Below the pieces are notes generated by a model, which was given only the letters and a program-made list of their open reading frames with translations, did not search any database and was not told where the DNA came from. Source: the human T2T-CHM13v2.0 reference genome, Homo sapiens. From it: DNA of 64,000 nt. Made by a program: the position numbers and the translations under genes. The stretch lies in NCBI RefSeq assembly GCF_009914755.1, contig NC_060926.1. One strand, written 5' to 3'. Below are positions 1 through 16,624 of the stretch, in pieces (within the stretch, counting starts at the first letter, position 1; the number at the start of each line of letters is the position of its first letter).

Positions 1-752
1 TCATCAATAAACTGTCCTCAATCAAAATGTGGAAATAGGTTACTCCTGGAATTATTCCCTGTTTACAGTTAATCCTAGCCACATCATCACATTTTGCTCC
101 TTGCCCTATCCACATCAGCAAGCAGCCTAGCCAGAACTAGAAGCTGATCTGCTGTCTCTGTCTAGCACAGTGTTGTTCCAGCTGTTGTATACTGCTTCTA
201 CCGGGACCCAAATCACTTGGGGCCTCTAATCTGTGCACTCTTTATATCTATTGCCAGAGAGAGGTAGCTTGTTTTCCTATAAGCATGAAAACAGTTTGCT
301 GACTGAGACCAAGCATGGAACAAGACCTGGAATCGAGAACAGCTCAATTTTAATGACATATCCTAGAAAAAAAACCTATAGAAAGTCACGGAGTGGTATG
401 AGGGCAGGGAGAGAAGGGCTGCAGAGAGTGTAGATGGGCACCAAAAGCTAACCCTACCTACTTCTGAACATATGCTTAGCCCTCCTTTCTTTTCTCTCAG
501 TTCTCAGGGGCTCTGTACATCGTAGGAGCCATTCACAAGCAGAATCCAACAATGGCCGTACACAGACTTCAAGCAACTCTCCTGCTGTCACAGAGAAAAA
601 TGGGTGAGCATTATCTGCTAAGAGTTCCCTGTTGTAAACTCAGGTGCTCCATTCTAATGGATAATGAAATGGTAATGGATAATGCAACAAGTATTTCTAC
701 CACTATGGTATTTTGGTGAACTGGAGAGAGTGGAACCAAAAAGCGTTTCCAG

Positions 753-1067
<315 letters not shown>

Positions 1068-1169
1068 TCAGATTCTCCCAAGTCTTTATTCTACAGAGCA
1101 ACGTGAACACAACCCTACTTTTTGGGTTCTCTTCATGGTTAAATCTATACTTAGCGTCATCAGGTTAAA

Positions 1170-1367
1170 CATCCTCCCCCTGGATATTTAGCAATGTCTG
1201 AAGACATTTTTGTTTGTCACAACTTTGGAGGGAAGAGTTGTGCAGTTGGCATCTAATGGGCAGAAGCCTGTGATGCTGCTAAACCTCCTGCAATGTAGGA
1301 CAAAGCCTCCCCGCAGCAAAGAATTGTCCAGCCTCAGATGTCAGTAGTCCCACAGTTGAGAAACCTA
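1170..1367. mobile_element. MER20 (hAT-Charlie MITE)
   Basis: gcaatgtctgaagacattttt...tggcatctaatgggcagaagcc..gatgctgctaaac...gttgagaaacct matches the MER20 consensus as recalled. Confidence 0.85.
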
Positions 1368-1368
1368 C

Positions 1369-1492
1369 AGCCAGGCATGGTGGTATGTGCCTGGAGACCC
1401 AGGTAATTGGGAGGCTGAGGTGGGAGTATCACTTTAGCCCAGGAATTTGAGTCCAGCCTAGGAAATATAGTTAGACCCTGTCTCCATATTAA
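1369..1492 (+). mobile_element. FLAM / free Alu monomer
   Basis: agccaggcatggtggtatgtgcc...gggaggctgaggtggg...agaccctgtctc, single monomer. Confidence 0.85.
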
Positions 1493-1494
1493 AA

Positions 1495-1585
1495 TATGTA
1501 TATATATACACATATATATATACACACACATATATATACACATATATATATACACACATATATACACACACACACATATATATAT
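1495..1585. repeat. (TA)/(CA) compound microsatellite grown from the FLAM tail
   Basis: tatatatacacatatatatatacacacaca... seen directly. Confidence 0.95.
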
Positions 1586-2389
1586 AATCTCATTTGGGGG
1601 AGATATATATATTATCTCATTTGAGTAGAAAAATGATGAGCTTCTAGAAAAACCCTAGATTTAAGCTAAAGCAAAAAGGGAGTATCATTTCCTGTTTAGC
1701 CACAGGTTTGAGTTAAATATAATTCAAAAGGAGTATAGCAGAGCTTGCCTTTCAGTGACCTCTGAGCTGCTCAAGCTGCAGGGCCCGATACCCTGGCTAA
1801 ATGTAGGCTCAAGACACTTTAAGTCCAGCCAGGCCAGGCATGACACCAAGAGCTAAAGACACAAACAGCTCCTAGGCCTGTTCTTCACGGAAGCCTTTAT
1901 AATGTGCCTTCTCTCAGATAAGGTTTCCAGAACCCATCATGTATGTCACCAGGAGGAGGACACAGCTACAGGAAGGAGTGGACCATGGCAAAGGGAAGGC
2001 CTAATAGAATGAAACTCACCTTTCTTATTTTCTTCCACATTGATTATGGGGAACTTCCTTAAAAGTTTTAGTCAAAGATTTCAAGAAAGAAGCAGGTCAT
2101 TAGAGAGTTCTTTGCATCTTTTCACCTGGAAAAGAGAAAGTCTTAATTTACAATTTTAAACAAAATTTTAATTATTTTTTATTATTTTATTTTGTGAGAT
2201 CGCTTAAGATTTTTGAGACTTGATAAATTAAATTCTTAATACTCCCCCAGTGGTCTCAAATTGTCATTGGGCTTCTTTTAAAGTAAAGTACTTTAGACTA
2301 CTTGCTTAAAAAGTCAGAATAGCTCATTTAAGGGCACTTTAGGAAAAGACCTAATATCTCATATTAGAATAACAAAGTTTACAATTTCT

Positions 2390-2490
2390 AATGTGGTAGA
2401 AAGATCACTGAGCTTGGTTGGAAGACTTGGTTTCTGATCCCAGCTAACATTTTCCAACTGTTTGACCTTGGGCAAGTCAGTGAACCAGTT
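2390..2490 (+). mobile_element. MIR fragment
   Basis: gaagacttggtttctgatcccagct...tttgaccttgggcaagtca, MIR core. Confidence 0.7.
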
Positions 2491-2539
2491 TGGAAAACAA
2501 CTTCAGCCCCAGTCTGACTTCCTCAATCTCAACTGAGGT

Positions 2540-4295
2540 CTGACTTTACTGAGAACACCAGGACAGTGCTCTGAGCTCTTCCACCGCCCTTCTCTTCACC
2601 TTAGAATCTCTCCTTATCTTCGGCTGTCCTTCCTTCCTTTGCTCCCATCTCACAGACCCCAGATCCTCTGCCTTGTGCAGTGTTCCTGCCATCCAGGCCC
2701 TACCACTATCAGGTAGCACCTCCCCTGCTTTCCCATCTTTTACACTCTGCTATCACTTTCCATTTTGCTTATACCTCCCCCCATACTAAAAAAAAGCCTG
2801 CCCTTGGCCTGTCCTTCCTTCTTTTTGCTTTTACCACCAGACTTCCTCCAACTGCTGTCCAGGTCCACTGCCTCATTTCCTCACTAAACCAACCCCTTTC
2901 TCCCTAATCCTGAAATCTGATTTGTGTCCCTACAATGTCCCTAAAACTATTCTTGGGAAGCACAGCTCCCAGTTGCTAGAGCTTTATGTTCATCAGACTC
3001 TGCAGCATTTAGTTCCATGGGCCATGCGTGCTTTCCTTGAAGAGCCCTCTTCCAAGGGTATCTGTAGTATTGCCTTCTTCAGGTGCTTGCTCAGAGGTAT
3101 TCTCAGTCTTTGTTTTCTCTGGTTCCATTCTTCTTCTCTTCCGCTTACCATTAAAATAAAGGCAATTCTCCAAGTCTTAGATTCTCTCCTTTCTCTCCTT
3201 CTCACCCTGGATGATACCATCTCTCACCAGTGTGTTCTGGTATCAAGTCTCTGCTAGGTGAGCACGAGTCGCAAGTCTCTGTTCTGAGCTCCACACTCCT
3301 ACACCCAACTCACAGTGGACATATATTCCTGATTCACACACCAAGACTTCAACAGAAAAGCCCCTCCTAAAGCACCTCCTCCACTCACCCTTCCCACTTC
3401 TATGATTGACATAAACACTGTCTTGTGACCTGGCCTTCAAACCTGGCACAGTCACTCTTGACCCCTACCTCTCACTTAATCTCACTTCCAGTCATTTTCC
3501 AAATACTCTTTCCTGGTCCAGGACTGCCATTATCTCTTTTTCTTTCTCCTTCTGTCTTTACAGTCCAGCTTTCATTTCTCACACCTGATCAATTGTCTTA
3601 CAACATATTCTGACTTGTTCAAAGAACTTTAATGGCTTCCTATTTTAGACCAAAAAAGGTTCCGACTTCTCAGGCTGCTGTTCCACGCCTCTCTCTAGCT
3701 CACTTCAGTTTGTCCTCCAGGCTCACCTCCACCTTGTCCCTAATACACCTTATGGCTAACCAGAATCAGACTTCTTATTGTTCTACCGGTGCACCTTCCT
3801 CTCTTCTCTCTGCCCATTCCTTTCTGTTCAGCTCTTACCTTTTGGTCAAGACACATTATCATATCCCTTTCCTCCATGAAGACCTAATTCTTTTTAATAC
3901 TCCTTGAGCTGTAGCCCTTTTGTAACAGTACTACTCAAAGTGCTTTTTCACAACAGGATAATGAATTTGTGCCCAAATGTAAATCAACTCACTGCTTTCT
4001 TCATTAAGAAACTCTTGTTACTAAAAAAAATCAGCTGAACTAAACAATGTACTTGGTGATGAATTGATTTACATTCTGGCACTAGCCCCTTATGTCATTG
4101 TGAGTAGTAACAGTTCACAGACTGGGTCCTCACACCACACTTTGGTGTTTCAATCTCTCTGGTGCTCTTCATATTTTGCCTGGTGTTATGGTTGACCTTG
4201 TGCTAGCAAGTTAGCTTCTCAACAGTGAGGACTGAGTCTTACTCTTTCTTGTATCCGATATACACAATAGCTACTCAATAAGTTTATTGAGCTAA
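2540..4295 (+). mobile_element. L2 LINE 3' region (interrupted at 3926-4146)
   Basis: long pyrimidine-rich L2-like sequence ending in the L2 3' terminus motif tactcaataagtttattga. Confidence 0.7.
3926..4146. mobile_element. hAT-Charlie family MITE (subfamily not determined)
   Basis: TIR-like cagtactactcaaagtg ... cacacttt; internal inverted repeat aatgtaaatcaa / ttgatttacatt. Confidence 0.65.
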
Positions 4296-4574
4296 CTTTC
4301 AAAGCCACTTCTCAGCACTCAGATTTTTATGAGGGAAGTGTTTTTCTTGTCAGTCTTTGGGTAGTGGCAACAATAAGAGGATCCCGAATAACTTACCAAA
4401 CAGTGGGCCAGGGTATCCCTGATCCAGGGACTGGGATTCTGTTGTCCCCCTTATGTTTGTCAACTCAGTGTTCTGTGAATCAACAAGGGCTGATAGGAAG
4501 GAGTTTTTGGGCAGAGGGTGGGGTGGGAGTAGGGAGGGGTTTGGGGTGGGCAGAGTAAGAAGAGAGCTGGATTG

Positions 4575-5000
4575 TGTCACTGGTGATGTTCTCATTGGAA
4601 GTAACAAACATTCAACCCATAGATTCAAGGATCCCTCGAGACAAAAGGTCCAAAGACAGAAGTTCCAGGGCTCGGTCAGCCATTCAGGAATGTCAGCAAA
4701 GACACAGGCCCCTTGCATCTCTTTGCTTTGCTGTTCTCAGCATGTCAGTCATGCCCCCACTTATGGCCACGAGGTGGCCAAAGCAACACTAAACATCACT
4801 TCTTTACATGCCAATGTCTGGAGCAGGAAGACAGAAGCGGATGGAAAGGGGCTTCTTCTCAGGAGTCTCTCTCCATTTGCTAGGAGGGAAATCTTTCCCA
4901 GAAGTCACCCAGGAGACTTTTCTTGCATATGATTGGCCAGAATTTGCAGTGGTGGTTCTGCAGGAGAGCTGCAAAGGAGGTTGAGAGATTAGGCAAAGAA
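4575..5000 (-). mobile_element. MLT1 (K/L-like) MaLR LTR
   Basis: ggaagtaacaaaca..., aaatctttcccagaag, gattggccagaat, gctgcaaaggaggttgaga are typical of old MLT1 LTRs. Confidence 0.65.
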
Positions 5001-5189
5001 GAAAGGAAGAGGGAAGCAACCAACAAGGTCTGCCTCAAGAGTCCTGGAGAGACAGTGATGGGAGCAGATAGGTACCAGGAAAAGATGAAGGGAAGGCAAA
5101 ATCAGAGGGAAGAGTTCATAAGGACGATCCGTATATGTCAAGAAATATTGCTGCAAATAAGAACTGAAGGGAAGTGTTGAGATCATTCA

Positions 5190-6040
<851 letters not shown>

Positions 6041-7159
6041 AAGGCTCCAGGTCTCAGATAATTAGTCCAAGGCTTTTTCTCTCTACCCACGTTGTCTCTA
6101 TACCTGTCATTGTTTAAATCTTAAATCACCACCCACTGAGAAATACACCCTACTTGTTATAACTGTCACCCTGTGATTGATGAAGAAAATTCCAGCACCC
6201 AGTTCTTGGGAGAAAGCCTAAAGCCTCATGGGAAAGGTGCTCCCATCTGTGCATGATGGGACAGAGTTAACTTGGCTGGAGAGAAGGAAACCTCAAGTTG
6301 AAAGTAAAAGTGAGTGGTTGGGTTGATGCTTCTCTGCTTCACTTCCTATGTGAGCCTGTAACTGTGTACAGTGAATGCCAAAATGGAAATAGTCTTTTAT
6401 GTTGTGGGGCTTTGTTCCCATGATGGTAATCCCCCATTTTAATGCTGATAAATACAATGGTGAGGATTATGCCCCTTAATTTAATTTGGCCTGCATATGG
6501 CAAAGCTCTCACAAGGCTTTTATGTGACATTCTTTAGCACAGCTAGCCTGTTTTTGTGTAAAAGGAACTCATATGAAGAGGCAGGAGATTGATAATGCTG
6601 GTGCAAATGTTTTCACAAGACGGCTTGTAACACACCCCCAGTGAAGCTGCTTCGTTATGGGCCCTTCAATGAGGATTCAGATTCAGAGTGATGGGAACCT
6701 CCGTGACTCAGGCAGCTCAAGGAGAACTGGCACCTCACAAGGGGAAAACAAGTGCATATTTCTCCTGTGTGTCATCCTTGCAGCTCTGGGGCTTGGAGCC
6801 AATTGGGCTGACCTCAGAATTGATGAGCCAGAGAAACAGCCTCCCAGTCAGCAGGGCCGACTGTGGGCCAGATTTTCATGTGGGCTGTGAAGTACAGATT
6901 GTCACATATCTTGACGAACATTGTGTGTGAGGGGTCACGGCAGAAATACATGGCAGTTCTAAGACTGTTGAACAGAACAAATCCTCCAGCAAATTTCCTA
7001 CCAGTGTGGTCAAGTTAGTGCACTAACACGTTAGAGGACCCCACATGAAACCAGAGGGAAAATGGCAGCATGATGTGGGAGTGGTGGTAGGAATAGTAGC
7101 CTTCTCTGATCAAGTGCTTAAGATGTGGTAAACACTGTATGTATTGTCTCATTTGGGTA

Positions 7160-7370
7160 GAAAAATGATGAGCTTTGGTGACAGACCTGGGTTTGAATCC
7201 TAGTTGAATTACTTACAAGCTATGAGACATTGGACAAGTTCCTTCCTCTCTCTGAACCTCAGTATCCTAGACTGCAAAAAGGGAATAATTGGGAGGACTG
7301 GAGATAATCAAAGCAAAGGAACTAGCACAGTTCTAGACATGTAATGAATACTCAATAAGAGATTATGGCA
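7160..7370 (+). mobile_element. MIR
   Basis: cagacctgggtttgaatcc...ggacaagtt..ctctctgaacctcagt...ctcaataa. Confidence 0.8.
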
Positions 7371-8409
7371 AGCTGTTGTGGGTCATGGTGATAGAAGTAG
7401 CAGCAATAATAGTAGTAATATTAGTATGGAAAAGTTTTCTGTAAAGTTAAACTCATATGAAGGATCAAGACTTTGACTTAGCTCTAGAATTGTAGACTAA
7501 AATAAGCATTGAGGTTTCCATCACCTTAGAAACTTTGAACAATGCTCACTCTCTGCTTTAACTTTAGAGACAAATTTTATTTTCTTGTATTCCTGGCTCC
7601 TATCTCAGGAATGAATCTGAGATTGACTTTGGGTTCAGGAGTCACCCTTACCAACATTGCCAGCATGACATTATCATACCCTCAAATAATAACATTCAGA
7701 GCTTAGTTGATTGCTAGAGCTTTCTTAGACTTTCTAGATTTTTAAAATATTAATTGGTCACGTGTATTTTCAAAACCTTTTTGAAGGCAGAAACCTTATC
7801 ACCAGCTGAAAGAAGCTTCAAGGAGAAATCTGTTTTGAGTTATATTTTTCCTTGGGGACTTGCTTATGGCCGTACATAAATATTTATCTGAACTATTTCA
7901 ACAAACCCTAAATCATCAGTGATCCTTATGCAAAGAGTCCTTTTAGAAGATTTCTGTATGTCAAGAATGCCAACAGTCTCTTTCTAAGAACAGATTCCAA
8001 GGACCAGAGGCCTCTTTTAAAATAGTTGGAACTCTTTGGTGGTTTTCAACATGTCTTTTGTTTTCATATTCTGTATATCTGTTCACGCTATTCCATCTGA
8101 ATAGAATTCCCTTGCCAGTCCTGTCTTTACCTGCTGATGTTTTACTCATCCTTCAAGGTCTCATTCGTGTGACATACAGACAAGGGCAAGAGAAGAGCAT
8201 CCCAGGCAGGAGAAACAAGAGTGGGCCATAGCCAGAGGCAGGATATGCAGAGCCATTCTTGGAAGGTGAGAGGTCCAGTGAGAAGAAGGCAGAGGGTAGG
8301 ATGGGGGTGGTATGAGGCAGGAAGAACTATTACAGGGAATAAGGCACCAAGATATGGGAGGTCTTCAAAAGTACACAAAATGTTTTGTTGTTCTATAGGT
8401 CAAAAGATG

Positions 8410-8665
8410 TAAACCCATAGTGTTTGGGTAGAATATAGTCTACAGACATGTTTTGTTTGGCCTGAATGTTGTTAAATTTTTAAAATTAGATTCTAACACA
8501 TAAAAATAGATTTCATGTCATTCGGACTTCTGATAGCTCTTAAAAAACCTGAGTATCTGGCAGCAAACTGCTGGAAGTGAGCAGGAGCTATCTTTCACAG
8601 ATCCCTACTTAACCGCCTGCCTAATTCATGGCTTGGCCTGCCAGCATCCGAGTTTGATTCTCTCC
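8410..8665. mobile_element. MER102-like hAT-Charlie element
   Basis: ttttgtttggcc...ggacttctgatagctcttaaaaaacctgagtatctggcagc resembles MER102. Confidence 0.6.
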
Positions 8666-8684
8666 CGCTGTCTGCAGAGCACCA

Positions 8685-8900
8685 TCTAGGTAGAGGAAAC
8701 GATTCAGCTACAGACCCTGGAGCCAAACTGCCTCTGTTCTGGCCCAGGTTTGTGTCCAACTACCTCAATGACCTTGGGCAAGTGTGTTTCTAATAATGGT
8801 ACTTACCTCATGCCGCCATTGTGAGAATAAACCATAGGAAACGTTTAGATGACTACCTAGTACGTAGTTAAGTGGACAAAAATGTTAGCTCTTATTACTG
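8685..8900 (+). mobile_element. MIR
   Basis: ctggagccaaactgcct...tgaccttgggcaagt...tacctcat...aatgttagct. Confidence 0.75.
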
Positions 8901-9415
8901 TATCCCACATGAGATAATAAACTTTAGGGCTGAAACTGTCACTCATTTCTGTAGCACTCACAGAATCCAGAATTTAGAATCTTTGGCCATAACTGGCATA
9001 AAATGAAATAATTGATGAATGGACAAATGAATATGTGCTCCTTGAGTTTTTATTTCTGTGAGGTCCAAAGCTAAATTTAATTACTTTGTTCTCTAGAAAT
9101 GCTTCCTATTTACCTTGAGTTTGATTTGAGCATCCTAGTTAGTTGATAAAGGAGCTAGCTTTCTCAAAAAGTCGAAAATCCTAATTAAACAAGTGAAGGG
9201 AGATTCTATTAACACCATGTCATTTTTCTGTGATGCATCTACCTTCCTAACTCAAAAATAAGCTCCAAGTTTGGGAAGATGTTTCTGTGTTTTCTTTAGG
9301 AAGCTCACTTATTGGCTGGTAGCTGCCTATGGTTAATATCTCAAATTGAGGGTCAGTTGCTAGGAACTAGGATGTGGTGGACTTCAGCAGATATGATGTT
9401 AGAATGCATGTTTGA

Positions 9416-9768
<353 letters not shown>

Positions 9769-10217
9769 TCAAGGCAAATATTTTTGTGCCCAATGCATCA
9801 GACGACGATGGACGGTTTGGCATGGGAACCAATTTTCAGTTTTTTAACATTTCTTCTATATAGCTGAAGTCACATCATCATCCCCATCAAGGCCTTCAAT
9901 GTGATCACCTGTGGACATGAACGTTTATGTTTACATTAATCTATCCCTAAACAGACTTGCTGTCAACAATGTTGCTCTACAAAGTTGACTAGCAAGGTTA
10001 GGCTCACGTGCTCTCTGGAAAACTTGAACATTTTCAAACCCATTTTAATTTCGTTTGAATAAACTTCATCTAAAACTGAATCATGTACTCAAGATTCCAA
10101 AAAATTGCTGTTTAATTTCGCCTGATAGCTCTCTTCTTTCTTATAAAAAGTCAATTTTTTAGTATGATATTTTTAGCATGATAATGCCTCTACTTTTTCT
10201 AAAGAACTCTCAGTCTC

Positions 10218-10439
10218 TCACACATGGACACGAAGAGGAGAACAACAGACACTGGAACCTACTTGAGGTTAGAGGTCGGGAGGAGGAGGAGGAGCAGAGA
10301 AAATGATTATTGGGTATTAAGCTTAGTACCTGGGTGATGGAATCATCTGTACAACAAACCCCCATGACACAAGTTTACCTATATAACAAACCGGAGCATG
10401 TACTCCTGGACCTAAAATAAAAGTTAAAAAAAAAAAAAA
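10218..10439 (+). mobile_element. L1PA (about PA13-16) 3' end, 5'-truncated
   Basis: acacatggacac..aacaacagacactgg...acaaacccccatgacacaagtttacctatataacaaac...aataaaagttAn. Confidence 0.92.
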
Positions 10440-10454
10440 TTTCAGTCTCCCTTA

Positions 10455-10545
10455 GACCTCTCCTTTCCTTCCTTCCCTTCTGTCCTCCTTCTCTCCCTCC
10501 CTCCCTTCCTTCTTCCTTTTTTTTCTTTCTTCTTGTCTCTCTCCT
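10455..10545. repeat. CT-rich low-complexity tract
   Basis: cctttccttccttcccttc... seen directly. Confidence 0.85.
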
Positions 10546-12479
10546 TATACTATTTATATCTACGTCTCTAAAGTTCTGGTTTCTGATCCAAAAGACAATT
10601 TCAAATAATAAGAAAATCTGATCTCTAACCATTTCTCCATCCCTCATCCCCTTCCTGCATTACCCATAGAAATTCAGCACATTGCTGGTACCTACGTTGT
10701 ATCCTCATCAAGCTCTTTATTATATTCCCGCTCAGAATGAGTTTCTGCCCAAAAGACCTTTACATATTGAGCCTATTTTGAAAAGTTTGAGAAAGGAAAA
10801 TGGACTCAAGTGGAAAATATTGCAGGAAACAAAATTTTGTAAAAATGAACTTTATATAAGAGTGCTTCATTATCAACACATAATGAAACCTAGATTATAA
10901 TCCTACATGTTGAAAGAAGATTAACTTTGTACATTTTCACAATTTTATTAACTTCACTTTCTTCACTGGGTTATAAGGAAAACATAATGGTGTTTCAGTT
11001 CCAAGTATATTTTGTGAATTAAATAGCAGCTTGTTCCTCACTATAAAAAACAAATATGCCAATATATTTTCCACTAGCATCGCCCTGGTCACCTTAAATT
11101 AAGAAGAAACTGGAGTATTTGCCATTAAAAGCTGTTAACAGTAGTAATGCCACAACATCTCCGTGTGCATCTTAGTAACTTCTCAGACTTGTCTCCTTGA
11201 TGAATAGACAAAACAGGAGGAGGGGTGAATTTGTTCTTTTTATCTGAATGGTGTAGGTGGGGAAGACAGAGAGCAATAGAGAGCTCTCGTGAAACAGAGC
11301 TCTAGCGACTGCTGTGCTTGGGAAATTAGATAATAAACAGTCCCTGATACCAAAATTCTAATGGCCTAAGATCAACACAGTCTGGAGACGCAGGTGGGAG
11401 TGGCCTTCCTCGCTCTGATCCAGACCCTCCCGGGAGAGCTCTTTGTGTCAACAAGAACAGCCAGTGCTCCTGGCCAGCTCCCAGGACTCAGAGTGGGGCT
11501 ATCATTTTTGTTTGCTTTGCAAATATCTTAATGGGAAGTGGTTCAACACCACCTATGGGTTAATCTGAGGGGTTCTGCTTGGCAGCTGTTAGCTCTGAGA
11601 ACCACATGGCCGCTCTCGGGTGCAGGGAGTCAGGCTAGCTGTTAACTACCCAGCGCCAGGTTGAGGCATCGTCTTTGCTTATTGGATTTACTGACTGGCA
11701 GGAAGCACCTTGTTGACTTTTATTTTTAGTTTGTTCCTCCTGGGAGAGCAAGGATGTTATTCTCAGATCCAACTGTGCTTTTTTCTCCAAGGGAGGGCAG
11801 TTGTTTAAATTATTTTTACTAGCATGAAGCATCCTTTCACCTAAGCTCATTCTCAGAATCTGAAACTTCATATTAAAAGTGGTGGTGTGGTGAAGGTGGA
11901 AGGGGCATTGTTGCCAGAAGAAAGATTTAGTATATTAGCCTGCAGGGAGGGCAAACACTGGAAGCCACAGCCTTGTCTTCACCTGGGATCTAAAGAATTG
12001 GATAGATAGTGAATTTCTCTGCTCTACTGTTCCCTTAGTCCTCTCCCCCTCCCTCTCCTCCACCCCAACATGGCTTTCACTTGTCTTATCTTGACCCATA
12101 GGAATGTTTCCCTGGGCGACACAACCAAGTCATGCCTTTCTGGATCTGTGTCTGCTGACATTGACACAGATGATCTCTTTCTTTATGCTTTCCTTACAGG
12201 ATTTCAGGCAGGTAGGATGGTTTCCACAAAGCAGGTTAGGGAAGTACCTGGAGTGATGACAGACATGTAGACAGTTTCCAAATGCCCCATTTGTAAAAAT
12301 GCAAAAAGTTCAGATTTCTCTGTAGGTCCTGGAAAAAGTGTCTAGCTACCCTCAGGAATAGTGTAACCCAGCTTTTAAAGCCTTATTCTTTCCTGGGGGT
12401 TTTCTACACCTACTTGTGGGATTGTCTTGTGGTTGACAACAAGGGCCCTAGAGTCCACTAGACCTGCTACTACAGGGTA

Positions 12480-12665
12480 AGAACTTCATAAACGCACTTA
12501 TTTTCTCAAGGCTTCAGTTTCCTCATCTTTAAGTGGAAGATCAAATAGCACAATATCTACCTCACCAAGACATGAAAGTTAAATGAGGTAACATATACAA
12601 AGTATGTAGCATCTCATTTGATGCATAAAAAGCACTCACAAATTGTAGTGATTAGAGGAGTTGTT
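12480..12665 (+). mobile_element. MIR
   Basis: cttcagtttcctcatct...ttaaatgaggtaacat...agcactca. Confidence 0.7.
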
Positions 12666-12767
12666 GTTATCTCTGAGGCATCCACTTTAAGTCATCCTTA
12701 GTATTATGCATTTTGTACTCATTTTGAAGTCTGTTACTCCCAACCCTTTAAAATCATCCAGTGCCAA

Positions 12768-14093
<1,326 letters not shown>

Positions 14094-15123
14094 ACAAGTC
14101 AGTGCCACTTCTTGCCCTTTAGACAGGGCAGTTCATCAGCCACTTTCTCTTTAGACTCCTGATCTTTCTCCATTCACACCTAAAAGTCTATTCCACGTCA
14201 TCATTGCCGTGCTCAGTGATGGTCCTCAAGCTTCTCGGCTGTGACATTGCTGACTAGTCAGCACTCACTGCACACAATCTTGTTTAGGCTTTTCGTTTGT
14301 AAAAGTTTCTGAAAATGTCCGTCCCTCCTCTCACGCCCCCTCCCTCACCTGTCCTTGGGCCCCATCATTTAGTGCCATGTGTGTCATGCACTTCATTTTA
14401 GCACTTCTTACTTCTCCTTCCCTGGACTAAGTACTACTTTCAGAATTAAAAGAGGAAAACTGGGTTAAATATTATCTTTTGTGGGGGTGGGGGGGGGGTG
14501 TGCAGTGGTGAAAAGAACATCCTCCAGTTACAGCATGAAAAGGGTGTAATAAATGGTCTCTGAAGTTTCCTTTTTCTCTACAAGTCTATGCCTTGGCCTA
14601 ATTCAGTCTTAAACTGCTAGAACTGTAACTCAAAAGTAGCTCAACCCACAAGTTACTTTAAGACTCCAGCCGAAGGAAAAGCACAGATTCTAGAAAGGCA
14701 GCCACACAGATACCTCATCATTACTATTCTCCCTTGAAGTTTCCATGTTTACGGATTTGTCTTTCAGATGTGCAAAATCATAAACAATAAGTAACCACAT
14801 TGTTAAGTATGTGTTTTATTTCTAACTTCTGACTATATATGCATCTTTAATTTAATTATTTTAAAACCTTGTCTTGTGTGTTTATTTTGTTCTGCCCAGG
14901 AGAACAAATGCAATCATTTTTTCCTTAGCTCAGGCAAGAGTTTTTATTTATATTTTGCTGATGAAGAAGGGGAGAGGTGATTTGCCCAAGTTAGAGTTGC
15001 CATATTTGGCAAATAAAAATGCAAGATACCCACTTAGATTTGAATTTTCTATAAACAACAAATAGTCTTTTTTGCTTAAGTATGTCCCGTTAAGTATTTG
15101 AAAATACTTTTACTAAATAATTA

Positions 15124-15803
<680 letters not shown>

Positions 15804-16009
15804 TCAGTGTCCTGTATTTTATCTAACAACTCTAGTTCAAGTGTTTTAGAACTAATATATCATGAATATGTACGCATATAGCCTGACTGTATTTCATGAA
15901 ATATATTGCTAAATCTACCAAGTGTTTATAGCATTCCTCTAACCTCTACGTGCCATAACACATAGTGTTTTTTGCCCTTTAAGGACTTTTGAAACCGTAT
16001 TCAGGGATA

Positions 16010-16315
16010 TCAATTCCTACTTATTTATTAAGGTCTTTATTCAAATGTCACTTTCTGTAGCCACTCAATCTAAAATTGCAGACCCTGCCTCCAATACTTT
16101 CTATCCCCCTTCCCTGCTTTAACTTTCCTCTTTGGCACTTACTTGTATTTAATATGCTACATAGTTACTTTTCTGTTTCAATTTGTGTCTGCTACTTGAA
16201 TGTAGGTTCATGAGCAGAGGACTATTGGATCTCCTCTGCTGTATCCCCAGTACTTACAATAGTAGGAGACAAATTTAAAGGTGCTCGGTAAAGACTTGGG
16301 AGCCGAATGACTGAT
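16010..16315 (+). mobile_element. L2 3' end
   Basis: tcaaatgtcacttt, ctgctgtatccccagtac..acaatagtagg, gtgctc. Confidence 0.7.
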
Positions 16316-16624
16316 GTCTGGGAGCCTGTAGAAGACCTTATATTGCATGTGTCATACACATTGTTCTTATACAGAATCTCAAGGAGACTTGCACCAGATT
16401 AGAGCCTTCAGTGTGGTACGAGTGTGTATAATCTTAGTAATAGTCCATAGACACAAGATAAATAGAAGGTCAGGCCAGGGTTTATACCTCCAGATATCAT
16501 TGGGCTTCATTTAATCTGCCTCCTAGCAAATTTTCTAGAACTGAATGTTAGTAGCCCCAGGTATCATTCATTAAGATCCTTAATAGAATTGTGTGATTAT
16601 CTGGAAGAGTCCAGTAACAAAATT

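Noticed and set aside
4350-4932. Overlapping 122-aa and 159-aa ORFs
   Set aside because: They run through a G-rich tract and an MLT1 LTR, consistent with chance open frames.
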